Source: a virus
Length of the DNA: 45,367 bases
Strand: one strand, 5' to 3'
IMG/VR virus record: IMGVR_UViG_3300049023_000013
Coordinates: 1-45,367 of that record
In this document: in pieces, positions 27,029 through 34,363 of the stretch
Layout: each line of letters opens with the position of its first letter
How positions within the stretch are numbered: position 1 is the stretch's first letter
Notes under the pieces: model-generated
The model's database searches: none
The model's input: the letters and a program-made list of their open reading frames with translations, nothing else
What the model was told of the DNA's origin: nothing
Position numbers and translations under genes: made by a program

Positions 27029-27325
27029 ATGTATATCGAACTTAGCGTTGAAACGGAAAAGAAGGGCGAATATCAAAAGCGATGGTTCGACGCCCAAGCC
27101 ATCAACGTAATTTGCGAAGCTGAAGGCAAGACGACCTTCATGTTCTTTGACCTATGGTATGTGGTCGAAGGCTTCGCCCCGGTCGAACTTGTCGAAGCTG
27201 TCATGCAATGCCGAATGAACCCGGCGGAATATTTGCCGTCGCGTTATGTGGGCAAAGGCGAAGAAGTCGAAACAACTTCAACAGGGTCGTTGCGTTGGAA
27301 GGCGAACCCGAAGAAAAACGCTTGA
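27029..27325 (+). CDS. hypothetical early protein
   Basis: 98-aa ORF with GAAGGGA 8 nt upstream of the ATG. Confidence 0.65.
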   Translation: MYIELSVETEKKGEYQKRWFDAQAINVICEAEGKTTFMFFDLWYVVEGFAPVELVEAVMQCRMNPAEYLPSRYVGKGEEVETTSTGSLRWKANPKKNA

Positions 27326-27371
27326 CGTAGTTTGCGACGTAGCTTAAGCGTAGCGAAGAAAGGAACGAACA

Positions 27372-27776
27372 ATGGCAATTTCAATCGGAATAGGCGTTTT
27401 CGTTTTCGTCGTCGTATATGTCGGCGGAACGCGCATTATGGCGACGCTTGAACGTCACAAGGCAACCGCTAAGGACGCTATCAACGCAATGGTCGAAGCT
27501 TTGAACGAAGCTATTAGCGACTTCAAGGAAACGTTCGCGGACATTGCTACGGCAATTGAAGAACTTAAGGACGAAGAACAAGAAAAGTTCGACAACATGC
27601 CTGAAGGGCTTCAGAACGGCGAACGCGGACAGGCAATCGAAGCAACCGTTAATCAGCTTGAAACGGCGTTGGACGCCGCTAATAACGTTAGCGAAATCGA
27701 AGACTTCGAATTTGACTTTGACAGCGACGAAATCATTACGGCGCTTGCTTCGCACCTACGCCCGGTCCCGACTTAG
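27372..27776 (+). CDS. hypothetical protein: N-terminal TM helix plus an acidic coiled-coil
   Basis: 134 aa with a strong SD (GAAAGGAACG). The hydrophobic N-terminus is ISIGIGVFVFVVVYVGG. It also carries EEQEKFDNMPEGLQNGERG. Confidence 0.65.
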   Translation: MAISIGIGVFVFVVVYVGGTRIMATLERHKATAKDAINAMVEALNEAISDFKETFADIATAIEELKDEEQEKFDNMPEGLQNGERGQAIEATVNQLETALDAANNVSEIEDFEFDFDSDEIITALASHLRPVPT

Positions 27777-27790
27777 GTTGTTGCGGCGTT

Positions 27791-28150
27791 TTGGCCGTCG
27801 CCAACTTCGCCGAAGTCCCCTTTGCCGACGTGTTCAACTTCATTAAGCGGTTGAAGCCGAAGCGTCGGGCGAACTGGACAGGCGCAACCTATGATTGGGA
27901 ACGTCGCAAGGCGCTTGAACATTTCGGCGTTCATTGGTCGGTCACTGATTACAAGGGCAACGTAAGCGTCGGCGAATTTGCGTCGCATCATGCCCAACTT
28001 GGCCGCGTCTATATGGTCGAAGTGCCGCGCCATGTGCTAATCGTTCGCGACGAATTTGTGACTGACCAAGGCGACGATTGCCATTGGTCGAAGCATCCTA
28101 ACCGTCGTCGTCGTGTCGGCGAAGTTTGGCTAAGGACATATAAACCATGA
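27791..28150 (+). CDS. hypothetical protein (start uncertain, TTG)
   Basis: 119-aa ORF with no in-frame ATG near the 5' end. Its 3' end is coupled (ATGA) to the next gene. A competing antisense ORF 27773..28033 was judged less likely from operon context. Confidence 0.45.
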   Translation: MAVANFAEVPFADVFNFIKRLKPKRRANWTGATYDWERRKALEHFGVHWSVTDYKGNVSVGEFASHHAQLGRVYMVEVPRHVLIVRDEFVTDQGDDCHWSKHPNRRRRVGEVWLRTYKP

Positions 28151-28368
28151 CCGACGAACAGTATCTTGAACGCATCAACGCGCTTGACGAAACGTTGCGT
28201 CGCGCGCATACTGATACCGTCGAACTGTTGGCGTATGCCATCGGCGAACGTGTGGCGGCTAAGAACGACGCATTGCGGAAGAAGAAATTTCGCCGGGATA
28301 CGGTGAAGCTTGACCTTATCCGCGAAGCGTTGGGCAAGGCGAACATAAGGATGGAACAAATAACATGA
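28147..28368 (+). CDS. hypothetical protein
   Basis: 73 aa with an ATGA overlap upstream. Predicted helical. Confidence 0.55.
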   Translation: MTDEQYLERINALDETLRRAHTDTVELLAYAIGERVAAKNDALRKKKFRRDTVKLDLIREALGKANIRMEQIT

Positions 28369-28541
28369 CCTTCAAAATCATGGAACAGCGCGAACCGCGC
28401 GACCGCAAACCGTTTCGCATCATCGAAACGACGCCGACCGTTGACGGGCCGCGCGACCGCATCACGAACCAAACGTTTACGTCTATGGCTGAAGCCGAAG
28501 ACTACGTTAAGCATGAAATGGCAAAGCGTCATGGCAATTGA
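28365..28541 (+). CDS. hypothetical 58-aa protein (below the ORF-track cutoff)
   Basis: Hand translation gives MTFKIMEQREPRDRKPFRIIETTPTVDGPRDRITNQTFTSMAEAEDYVKHEMAKRHGN with a TGA stop at 28539..28541. The ATG overlaps the upstream stop (ATGA). Confidence 0.5.
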   Translation: MTFKIMEQREPRDRKPFRIIETTPTVDGPRDRITNQTFTSMAEAEDYVKHEMAKRHGN

Positions 28542-29110
28542 CCCCGAACGCGATTACACGCCCGACGACGTGTTGACGTGCGACGATGCGTTGTCCTTGG
28601 CCGTCATCGGTTACAAGGTGCGCGCCGTCGATATGGCCGAAGGCACGTTCGTTGATTACAACTTTGCGGGCTGGCGCATCAATCATGCCGCCGGGGCTTC
28701 GTCGGGTTGGTCGGCACGAACGATTGACTACGCCGCCGATTGGCACGTTCTGCCCGACGAACATTACGACGCCTATAAGCGCGTTATCATGGAACGCGAC
28801 GGCATCGTTGAACGCGACAAGGCCGAAGCGAACACCAAATGGGGACGGCCAACCGTGGCACCGGACATTCAAAAGCTAGGCCGGGCGTTGCGCCCTGTCC
28901 CGTCGTTCGAAGTGCCTGTTGGGGCGGTCGTGCGTGATTGGGGGGCTGAAGCCCGCCGCCGTGGTCGCCAGCCCGCCGCCCGCGCCCCATGTGGGCAAAT
29001 GGGGCAAGCCGGTTGAATGTGCGCCTTTCACCGGACCCGACGCCGACGCATACCATAAGACGTTGCCGCCGGTCGTCCCAAAGAAGGACAAATGGGGTCG
29101 CCCAAAATGA
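28531..29110 (+). CDS. KWG[RK]P-repeat protein interrupted by a +1 frame change at a G6 run (sequencing indel, pseudogene or recoding)
   Basis: Frame A (ATG 28531) reads ...NTKWGRPTVAP...VVRDWG and then decays into Arg/Ala-rich sequence up to the stop at 29016. Frame B, from the G6 run 28940..28945, reads GLKPAAVV...HVGKWGKPVE...KDKWGRPK with its stop at 29110. Frame B has no ATG and is ATGA-coupled to the next gene. Confidence 0.55.
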
Positions 29111-29352
29111 TTGACGCGGCTTCGTATAACGGGCATGAAATAACGGGCTATTGGAAGGACGAAGCTATGGAAGAAGTTGTTAGCGCATATCCGGCGAAGA
29201 TTATGCCGCATGTTATCGAACGCATTTCACGTATGGCAGGGCTTGGCCGGGGCATGGAACTTGACCCGAAGCCGTTTTGGAAGCTTGGCACGTCGTTGAC
29301 GACGACGCCGCGTTTTATCGCTTACGCCATGTTGCCGAAGCGTGACGCCTAA
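29107..29352 (+). CDS. hypothetical protein
   Basis: 81 aa from the ATG at 29107, with an ATGA overlap with frame B of the upstream gene. Confidence 0.55.
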   Translation: MIDAASYNGHEITGYWKDEAMEEVVSAYPAKIMPHVIERISRMAGLGRGMELDPKPFWKLGTSLTTTPRFIAYAMLPKRDA

Positions 29353-29554
29353 AACGGAAACGTTAGACGCTATATGCGTCCTGCTAACCGGCGATGACGA
29401 AGCAAAGTTCGACCGCGTGAAGCTGCCCGAACAACGCCTTGAAATCGTCAAGATGGCGCTTGCCGCCGAACACAACGAACTATTGGACGCAATCGACACG
29501 TCGTTGTCGCATGTCGGACGTTGGTTCGAACTGTCAAGGTTATACGAACCATGA
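29342..29554 (+). CDS. hypothetical protein
   Basis: 70 aa with a GTG start overlapping the upstream 3' end. Its own 3' end is ATGA-coupled. Confidence 0.5.
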   Translation: MTPKTETLDAICVLLTGDDEAKFDRVKLPEQRLEIVKMALAAEHNELLDAIDTSLSHVGRWFELSRLYEP

Positions 29555-29982
29555 AAACGCATACGCTTAAATGCCATCCGCATTTCTTCGCAGCTATCGC
29601 CGCCGGGAAGAAGACGTTCGAAATCAGGCGCAACGACCGCGACTATCGCGTTGGCGACGTGCTGGACCTTCGCGAATTTGACCCGTCCTACGGGAATACG
29701 GGCCGTTCGTTGTCGGGGCTTGACGTGGTTTACATTATGACCGCCGAAGACTTCCCCGCAATCCTGCCCGGCTTCGTCATCATGGGGCTTAGGGGCGTCC
29801 CGTCCATGCACGACGAACGCGAAACGCCAGCGAAGCAAATAGGCGACATTGTGAAGGGGCTTCCGTTCGCTTGGAAGAACTGTAACGAATACAAGAAAGT
29901 CGCTGGCGAAGTCATGCCGCGAACGTGCGCCGAATGCGGGCTTGGCCCGTGCAAGTTCCCCAACGCACCGGACATAGGCTAA
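29551..29982 (+). CDS. ASCH-fold DUF3850-like protein
   Basis: The N-terminus MKTHTLKCHPHFFAAIAAGKKTFEIRRNDRDYRVGDVLDLREFD matches the DUF3850 signature (HxLK..P.yF.....G.KtFEiRkNDRdf.vGD.L.L.E). The C-terminal extension carries CAECGLGPC. Confidence 0.7.
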   Translation: MKTHTLKCHPHFFAAIAAGKKTFEIRRNDRDYRVGDVLDLREFDPSYGNTGRSLSGLDVVYIMTAEDFPAILPGFVIMGLRGVPSMHDERETPAKQIGDIVKGLPFAWKNCNEYKKVAGEVMPRTCAECGLGPCKFPNAPDIG

Positions 29983-30212
29983 TGAAGAAGCTTGTTACCA
30001 TAACGTTAAGTGTCGAAGTTGACGGCGAAGACTTTCACGTTCACGACGACACGCAAACGCATGGTAACGCATGGGCCGACGTATATAGGGGTATGTTAAT
30101 ACTTCGCGATGAACTGCAAAGACAGATTGACGAACGCGCGGGTTGCCCGTATCATCCGAAGAATATTAAAGCGAACGGGGAACCGAACTTTGACGCCGGA
30201 CCAACTAGCTAA
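29982..30212 (+). CDS. hypothetical protein
   Basis: 76 aa from the ATG at 29982 (TAATG overlap). Confidence 0.55.
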   Translation: MKKLVTITLSVEVDGEDFHVHDDTQTHGNAWADVYRGMLILRDELQRQIDERAGCPYHPKNIKANGEPNFDAGPTS

Positions 30213-30675
30213 GAGCGGCACGGAACACGGGGAGCAAAGGGCTTTATTCCAATGGCTGAAGGTCGCCGAACAACACGGCTTCGCGGTCGCATGGGCGTTC
30301 GCTGATATAGGGCCGCGCGCCTTCGAAGGGTCGCCCAAGATTGGCGTTCCCGAACTGGCGCGTTGCTTCGCTATCCCCAACGGCGGCTTGCGTGACAAGA
30401 TAACCGCCGCGAAGCTGAAGCATGAAGGCGTTAAGTCCGGCGTCCCCGACGTGTTCTTGCCGTTGCCTTGTCGCGATTACGCCGGGCTATTTGTCGAAAT
30501 GAAGCGTAGCGCGGACAAAGCGACGAAGCGCCGGGCGGGCGTAACGTCGAACGAACAAGACGATTGGATTGCATACTTGCGAAGCGTTCGTTATGCGTGT
30601 AGTGTATGCTTCGATTGGCGTAGCGCCGCGCGCGACATTCAATCATACGTCGAAATGGCGAAAGGGTTAACGTAA
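30190..30675 (+). CDS. VRR-NUC domain nuclease (PD-(D/E)XK)
   Basis: Carries EHGEQRALFQWL...AIPNGG.R....A.KLK.EGVKSGVPDVFLP.....GLFVEMK...G..S..Q..W, the VRR-NUC pattern (D...E.K). A TTG start at 30190 is proposed. The alternative ATG at 30109 would overlap the upstream gene by 104 nt. Confidence 0.65.
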   Translation: MTPDQLAKSGTEHGEQRALFQWLKVAEQHGFAVAWAFADIGPRAFEGSPKIGVPELARCFAIPNGGLRDKITAAKLKHEGVKSGVPDVFLPLPCRDYAGLFVEMKRSADKATKRRAGVTSNEQDDWIAYLRSVRYACSVCFDWRSAARDIQSYVEMAKGLT

Positions 30676-30893
30676 TGGTCAAGGTCAAGGACGACGAACG
30701 TTGCTTGGATTGCAACGGCATTGGGTTGATGCGAAACGACGACCCTATGTCCGACCGAACCTATGGTGAATTTTGCCCGTCGTGCAATGGAACCGGGATG
30801 CGTTCGAACCCGACCGCGCGAAGCTTGGCGTTCCTGCTGTTCGTCGTTCTTAACGTCCTGTCCGTCGTTATCTTCGTCAAGTCTTGCACATGA
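30675..30893 (+). CDS. membrane-anchored DnaJ-CR-type zinc-finger protein
   Basis: 72 aa. It has two CxxCxGxG motifs (CLDCNGIG, CPSCNGTG) followed by the C-terminal TM helix LAFLLFVVLNVLSVVIFV. Confidence 0.6.
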   Translation: MVKVKDDERCLDCNGIGLMRNDDPMSDRTYGEFCPSCNGTGMRSNPTARSLAFLLFVVLNVLSVVIFVKSCT

Positions 30894-31036
30894 TTAATTG
30901 CAAGCCGCCCGCCCGCAACCGCGAAAGCCGAAAGAAGCCTTCGTTAGCTTTTCCGTATCGTTGCAAAGATTGCGGCTATCACTTTCGGACGGAAGCTAAC
31001 TTGAACGACCATCGAAAGGCTTTCACGAAATGTTAA
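30890..31036 (+). CDS. 48-aa zinc-finger-like protein (below the ORF-track cutoff)
   Basis: Hand translation gives MINCKPPARNRESRKKPSLAFPYRCKDCGYHFRTEANLNDHRKAFTKC, a C-x2-C-x12-H-x6-C arrangement. The ATG overlaps the upstream TGA. Confidence 0.45.
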   Translation: MINCKPPARNRESRKKPSLAFPYRCKDCGYHFRTEANLNDHRKAFTKC

Positions 31037-31083
31037 GACTTGTGGTCGATAACGGTTCCAACGAAGCAACGAAGGGAACCACA

Positions 31084-31257
31084 ATGTTTATCAACCACAA
31101 CTTCAACGTCGCGCCGGTCGGACAGAACTACGGCGAATGGTCGTATTTTGACGGATACGCCTTCGCGCATATCGCCGCATGGCAGGAAGCCGCCCGGCTG
31201 AAGCGTATTCGCACGACGGCGATTAAGGCGCTTGACCGTCGTAACGTTCGTCGCTAA
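31084..31257 (+). CDS. hypothetical 57-aa protein
   Basis: Met19 of ORF 31030..31257, with GAAGGGA 6 nt upstream. Confidence 0.45.
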   Translation: MFINHNFNVAPVGQNYGEWSYFDGYAFAHIAAWQEAARLKRIRTTAIKALDRRNVRR

Positions 31258-31297
31258 GAACGTCGTATCAACAGTCACTTGGATAAGGGCTAACGAA

Positions 31298-31552
31298 ATG
31301 GCATACGAAATCGACACGACCGTTCTTGGCGGGCTTCCCGTTACCATCGAATACACGGTTCAAGGCGCGGAACCGGACGTTGGTATTATGTCGTCGTATG
31401 TTGACGAATGGTATATTACGGCAATCAATGGTCGTGCGGTGAAGAAGTGCGATTGGCTGGACCGTCGTATTGCAGCGACGAAGGGCGAAACCGACCGCAT
31501 TCTTGAAGAATTGAACGAAGCCGACCACGACGACTATTACGACGATTATTGA
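31298..31552 (+). CDS. hypothetical protein with an acidic tail (DHDDYYDDY)
   Basis: 84 aa from the ATG at 31298 (Met23 of ORF 31232..31552), with AAGGG upstream. Confidence 0.55.
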   Translation: MAYEIDTTVLGGLPVTIEYTVQGAEPDVGIMSSYVDEWYITAINGRAVKKCDWLDRRIAATKGETDRILEELNEADHDDYYDDY

Positions 31553-31568
31553 CCCGATATGGGACGCC

Positions 31569-31595
31569 GGGCCGCGCCTTCATTGGTTGCGGCCC
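31569..31595 (+). other. GC hairpin in the intergenic region
   Basis: GGGCCGC (31569..31575) pairs with GCGGCCC (31589..31595) around a 13-nt loop. No U-tract follows. It lies in the 103-nt gap upstream of the MazG-like gene, which also holds a copy of the ATGTGGGCAA motif. Confidence 0.3.
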
Positions 31596-31655
31596 GCCCC
31601 TGTTGGGCGTAAGCTGGCCCGCCCCCATGTGGGCAATCCAAGGAAGGACAACTTT

Positions 31656-32402
31656 ATGAACGAAAAAGAATTTCGCACGGGCAAAGACGCCAGCGGAAAC
31701 AACATCGGCGCGCACTTCGACTATATGGCCGAATGCGATAAGACGTGTTCCGTTGAATTTCACCCCGAACAAGTCGAAGTAACCGATATGCGTTACGTCC
31801 TTATGGGCGTGAAGGGTTTTGCCGAAGACTTGAACCTTATCAAGAAACTGTTGTTTCGCGGCAAAACGCGCAACGACTTGAACTTTCCGCCGGTCATCAA
31901 ACCGACGCTTCACGACCTTATCGAAGGGTTGTCCGCAATCAACGCATGGTCGCCCGCCGACATTGACGTTCTTCATGGTGCGGTCGGTGTCATTACTGAA
32001 GCCGGGGAAGTCGCCGAATATCTGCTGAAGTTCCTTGAAGGCAACGGCTTCGACCGTGTTAACGTCATGGAAGAAGCGGGCGACGTGTCGTGGTATGTCG
32101 TGCGGTCGCTTCGGGGCATCGGCCTTACGCTTGACCAATCGAACCGTGCGAATATCGACAAGTTGCGCGGTCGGCACGGCGAAGCGTTCGACGTGTTCCG
32201 CGATGCGAACCGCGACCTTCAGGCCGAACATTCCAAGCTTGAAGACGCCTTCAAGTCCGCCGCGCCCGATGCGCCTTTGCTGCCCGGCGTCGAAGTCGTC
32301 AAGAACCCTGCCCACATGGAAGCGCGCGGCGATATGGCGGATATGGCCGACCGTATCCGCGACGCCAACAACGCGCATGACATGAAGACGACGCGCGGCT
32401 AG
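31656..32402 (+). CDS. MazG-like nucleotide pyrophosphohydrolase domain protein
   Basis: 248 aa from the ATG at 31656 (SD AAGGAAGGA). The core LHGAVGVITEAGEVAEYLLK...VMEEAGDVSWYVVR...NIDKLRGRH matches the MazG EAGE...EE.GD...N..KL..R pattern. The N- and C-terminal extensions are unassigned. Confidence 0.7.
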   Translation: MNEKEFRTGKDASGNNIGAHFDYMAECDKTCSVEFHPEQVEVTDMRYVLMGVKGFAEDLNLIKKLLFRGKTRNDLNFPPVIKPTLHDLIEGLSAINAWSPADIDVLHGAVGVITEAGEVAEYLLKFLEGNGFDRVNVMEEAGDVSWYVVRSLRGIGLTLDQSNRANIDKLRGRHGEAFDVFRDANRDLQAEHSKLEDAFKSAAPDAPLLPGVEVVKNPAHMEARGDMADMADRIRDANNAHDMKTTRG

Positions 32403-32411
32403 AACCATTTG

Positions 32412-32440
32412 GCCCGGCGGGCGTTGTTTGTTCGCCGGGC
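32412..32440 (+). terminator. hairpin after the MazG-like gene (weak terminator/attenuator candidate)
   Basis: GCCCGGCG (32412..32419) pairs with CGCCGGGC (32433..32440) around a 13-nt loop. Only TT follows. Confidence 0.3.
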
Positions 32441-32462
32441 TTCACATGTGAAAGGCAATACC

Positions 32463-32780
32463 ATGACCGATAAGAAGGCAACGACAAAGGCGAAAGAACC
32501 CGCCGAAGTCAAATCGAACCACAACACGACCGAACCGGCGAAGCCAATTCAGACCGCGCAAGTCAAGTCCATGCCGGACTATAACCCGATGCGTCGGGAA
32601 GTTTCGAAGGCGAACGTTCTTTCGGATACGTCCATGAACGAAGACGACAACGCCGAAGTCGTGGCAGAAAAGGGGGACCGCCCGACCGTCGCCGAAACCG
32701 ACGCCGCGTCGCCTTGGGGTGAAAAGACCGCCGCAAGCGAAGCGCCCGCTGAAGGCGACGCCGCCAAGGGCGCGAAGTAA
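32463..32780 (+). CDS. hypothetical, predicted disordered acidic protein
   Basis: 105 aa from the ATG at 32463 (GAAAGG upstream). The TTG-extended version at 32409 would run through the hairpin. Confidence 0.5.
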   Translation: MTDKKATTKAKEPAEVKSNHNTTEPAKPIQTAQVKSMPDYNPMRREVSKANVLSDTSMNEDDNAEVVAEKGDRPTVAETDAASPWGEKTAASEAPAEGDAAKGAK

Positions 32781-33082
32781 TGGACGGCGCGGACAGGAAG
32801 CGGCTATGGGCCGACGCGCAAGCGAACGTCGATAAGCTTAACGCCTGTCCGCGCCATTACTTCGTAATGACCGACGAACAAGTTCAAGGCGGACCCGGCG
32901 CGTTATTCGGCGCGAAGCTTACATGTCAACGTTGCAACGGACGTATGGACATGATACACGTCAACCAATACGTTCGCGGCTTCGAAGCGGCGGGCGGAAA
33001 TCCCAATGACATTTTACCGGGCTGGAACGATGACAAAACCGAACGAACCCAACGGCGCTTCTTCAGGGGCAGCGAAGATTAA
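32780..33082 (+). CDS. hypothetical protein with a C..H...C..C putative zinc site
   Basis: 100 aa with a TAATG overlap. It contains CPRHY...CQRCNG. Confidence 0.55.
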   Translation: MDGADRKRLWADAQANVDKLNACPRHYFVMTDEQVQGGPGALFGAKLTCQRCNGRMDMIHVNQYVRGFEAAGGNPNDILPGWNDDKTERTQRRFFRGSED

Positions 33083-33092
33083 AGCGGACTTT

Positions 33093-33449
33093 ATGTCGCG
33101 TATCTTCGTAACCGACGCGGCGGGCCATATCTTCGCCCTGCCTATCGGTCCCGAACATAACGCCGTGTTGGCGGCGGGCGGCGTTCCGCCGGGGCTTGAA
33201 TTGGTCATGCTTGCCGGACAGTGCCACCCCGATTATCGGCATTTGGTCGCGTCGTCGTTGCTGCTATTTCAGTTGGTCGAACAAGCGAAGATTATGTTCG
33301 AACTTCATAGCGAACAGCTTCAGGCGGTCGGCAATCCCGCGCTTATGAACCTTGGCGTTCAATTCGAAACGATGGCCGCGAACTTGAACCTTGCCCAACG
33401 ACAAGCCATCGAAGGCGGCGCGACGCTTTACGCGAACGTTGCAAAATAA
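33093..33449 (+). CDS. hypothetical protein (start uncertain)
   Basis: The ORF is open from 33006. The ATG at 33093 is the first start after the upstream stop. Alternatives are 33006 and 33030. Confidence 0.5.
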   Translation: MSRIFVTDAAGHIFALPIGPEHNAVLAAGGVPPGLELVMLAGQCHPDYRHLVASSLLLFQLVEQAKIMFELHSEQLQAVGNPALMNLGVQFETMAANLNLAQRQAIEGGATLYANVAK

Positions 33450-33532
33450 TTGTTGACATGGTTTCGCGCGTAGTTTAGCGCGTTGTTCGGACGACGGTTC
33501 GTCCACATTCAAGCAAGGAAGGATTTTACGAC
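33450..33532 (+). promoter_or_regulatory. 5' control region of the insulated cassette: perfect TTGACA and a leader hairpin
   Basis: TTGACA lies at 33453..33458 but has no good -10 at 16-18 nt spacing. The leader hairpin is GGACGA-cggt-TCGTCC at 33489..33504. The strong SD CAAGGAAGGA precedes the ATG at 33533. Confidence 0.3.
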
Positions 33533-34222
33533 ATGGCAAAGAAGCTTACCGCTGGCGACAAGTCGCTGTTGGCCGTAATCATCGCGGCGATGGCAAACGA
33601 CGACGCGCCTTTTCATTTCGCGACGGTTGCGGAAGTGAAAAATCTTGTTGACAACGATATGGTCGAAGTCAATACGGAAATCACGGACGGCGACAAGGTT
33701 GCTGTTCGCGCAACCGAAAAGGGCATGGCCGAAGCGCCCAAGCCCGCAACCGAAGGAACCAACAACGTGACCGACGCCGCAACCGCAACCAACAGCAACC
33801 CCAACAAGTTCGCAATCATCACGGGCGTTGCTGCCAGCTTCCCGACCGGACGGACCCGCAAGGCTTCGTCCATGTATGACTTCGACGCAATGAACGTCGG
33901 CGACATGATTTTCGTCCCGAACAGCGAAGACAAGCCCGACGCGGCGAAGTCGCTGGCTTCGACCATTTCCAGCGCGAACGCCCGCTTCGCGACGCCGACC
34001 GGCGAAAAGAAGGAAGTGACGTTGAAGGTCTATCAGACCGACGAAAACGGCAAGCGCGTCAAGGGCGAAGACGGCAAGCTTATCGTCATCGGCGAAAAGA
34101 AGGAAATGCGCGACGTGACTACGCCGGGCAAGACCTTCGCCGTCAAGCCGGTTGAAGGCGGCAAGGCATACGGCGCGTGGACTGCCCCGGCGTCCGGCGC
34201 GGTCATCCTTCGCGAAGCCTAA
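33533..34222 (+). CDS. hypothetical protein with an N-terminal winged-helix-like domain, in an insulated and probably highly expressed cassette
   Basis: 229 aa. The N-terminus FHFATVAEVKNLVDNDMVEVNTEITDGDKVAVRATEKG resembles a wHTH recognition helix plus wing (L...g.Ve.......d.r...v..TekG). A Thr/Asn/Pro linker follows, then a Lys-rich C-terminal domain. A strong terminator lies downstream. Confidence 0.65.
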   Translation: MAKKLTAGDKSLLAVIIAAMANDDAPFHFATVAEVKNLVDNDMVEVNTEITDGDKVAVRATEKGMAEAPKPATEGTNNVTDAATATNSNPNKFAIITGVAASFPTGRTRKASSMYDFDAMNVGDMIFVPNSEDKPDAAKSLASTISSANARFATPTGEKKEVTLKVYQTDENGKRVKGEDGKLIVIGEKKEMRDVTTPGKTFAVKPVEGGKAYGAWTAPASGAVILREA

Positions 34223-34270
34223 GCCTAGCCCGCCCGGCGCGCCCTCGGCGCTAGGGCAGGGTCGCGGGAA

Positions 34271-34309
34271 GGGTCGATATGGGGCAACCCATGTCGGCCC
34301 TTTTCTTTT
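34271..34309 (+). terminator. rho-independent terminator
   Basis: A 13-bp stem GGGTCGATATGGG (34271..34283) / CCCATGTCGGCCC (34288..34300) with two G-U pairs. The loop is the GNRA tetraloop GCAA. TTTTCTTTT follows directly at 34301..34309. Confidence 0.8.
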
Positions 34310-34363
34310 GCCCTACGCCCGTCTATGGTGCGCCCATGACTTCAACCTAGCTGGGCGGGATTT

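Noticed and set aside
27322-27356. GACGTAG / GCGTAG short direct repeats after 27325, and TTGACGTAG again at 42922
   Set aside because: There are only two or three short copies and no consistent -10 partner. That is insufficient to call a promoter family.
27773-28033. 86-aa minus-strand ORF competing with 27791..28150
   Set aside because: It would be a lone antisense gene inside a tightly coupled plus-strand operon, and its C-terminal half does not look protein-like. Because the plus-strand ORF lacks an ATG start, this call stays uncertain.
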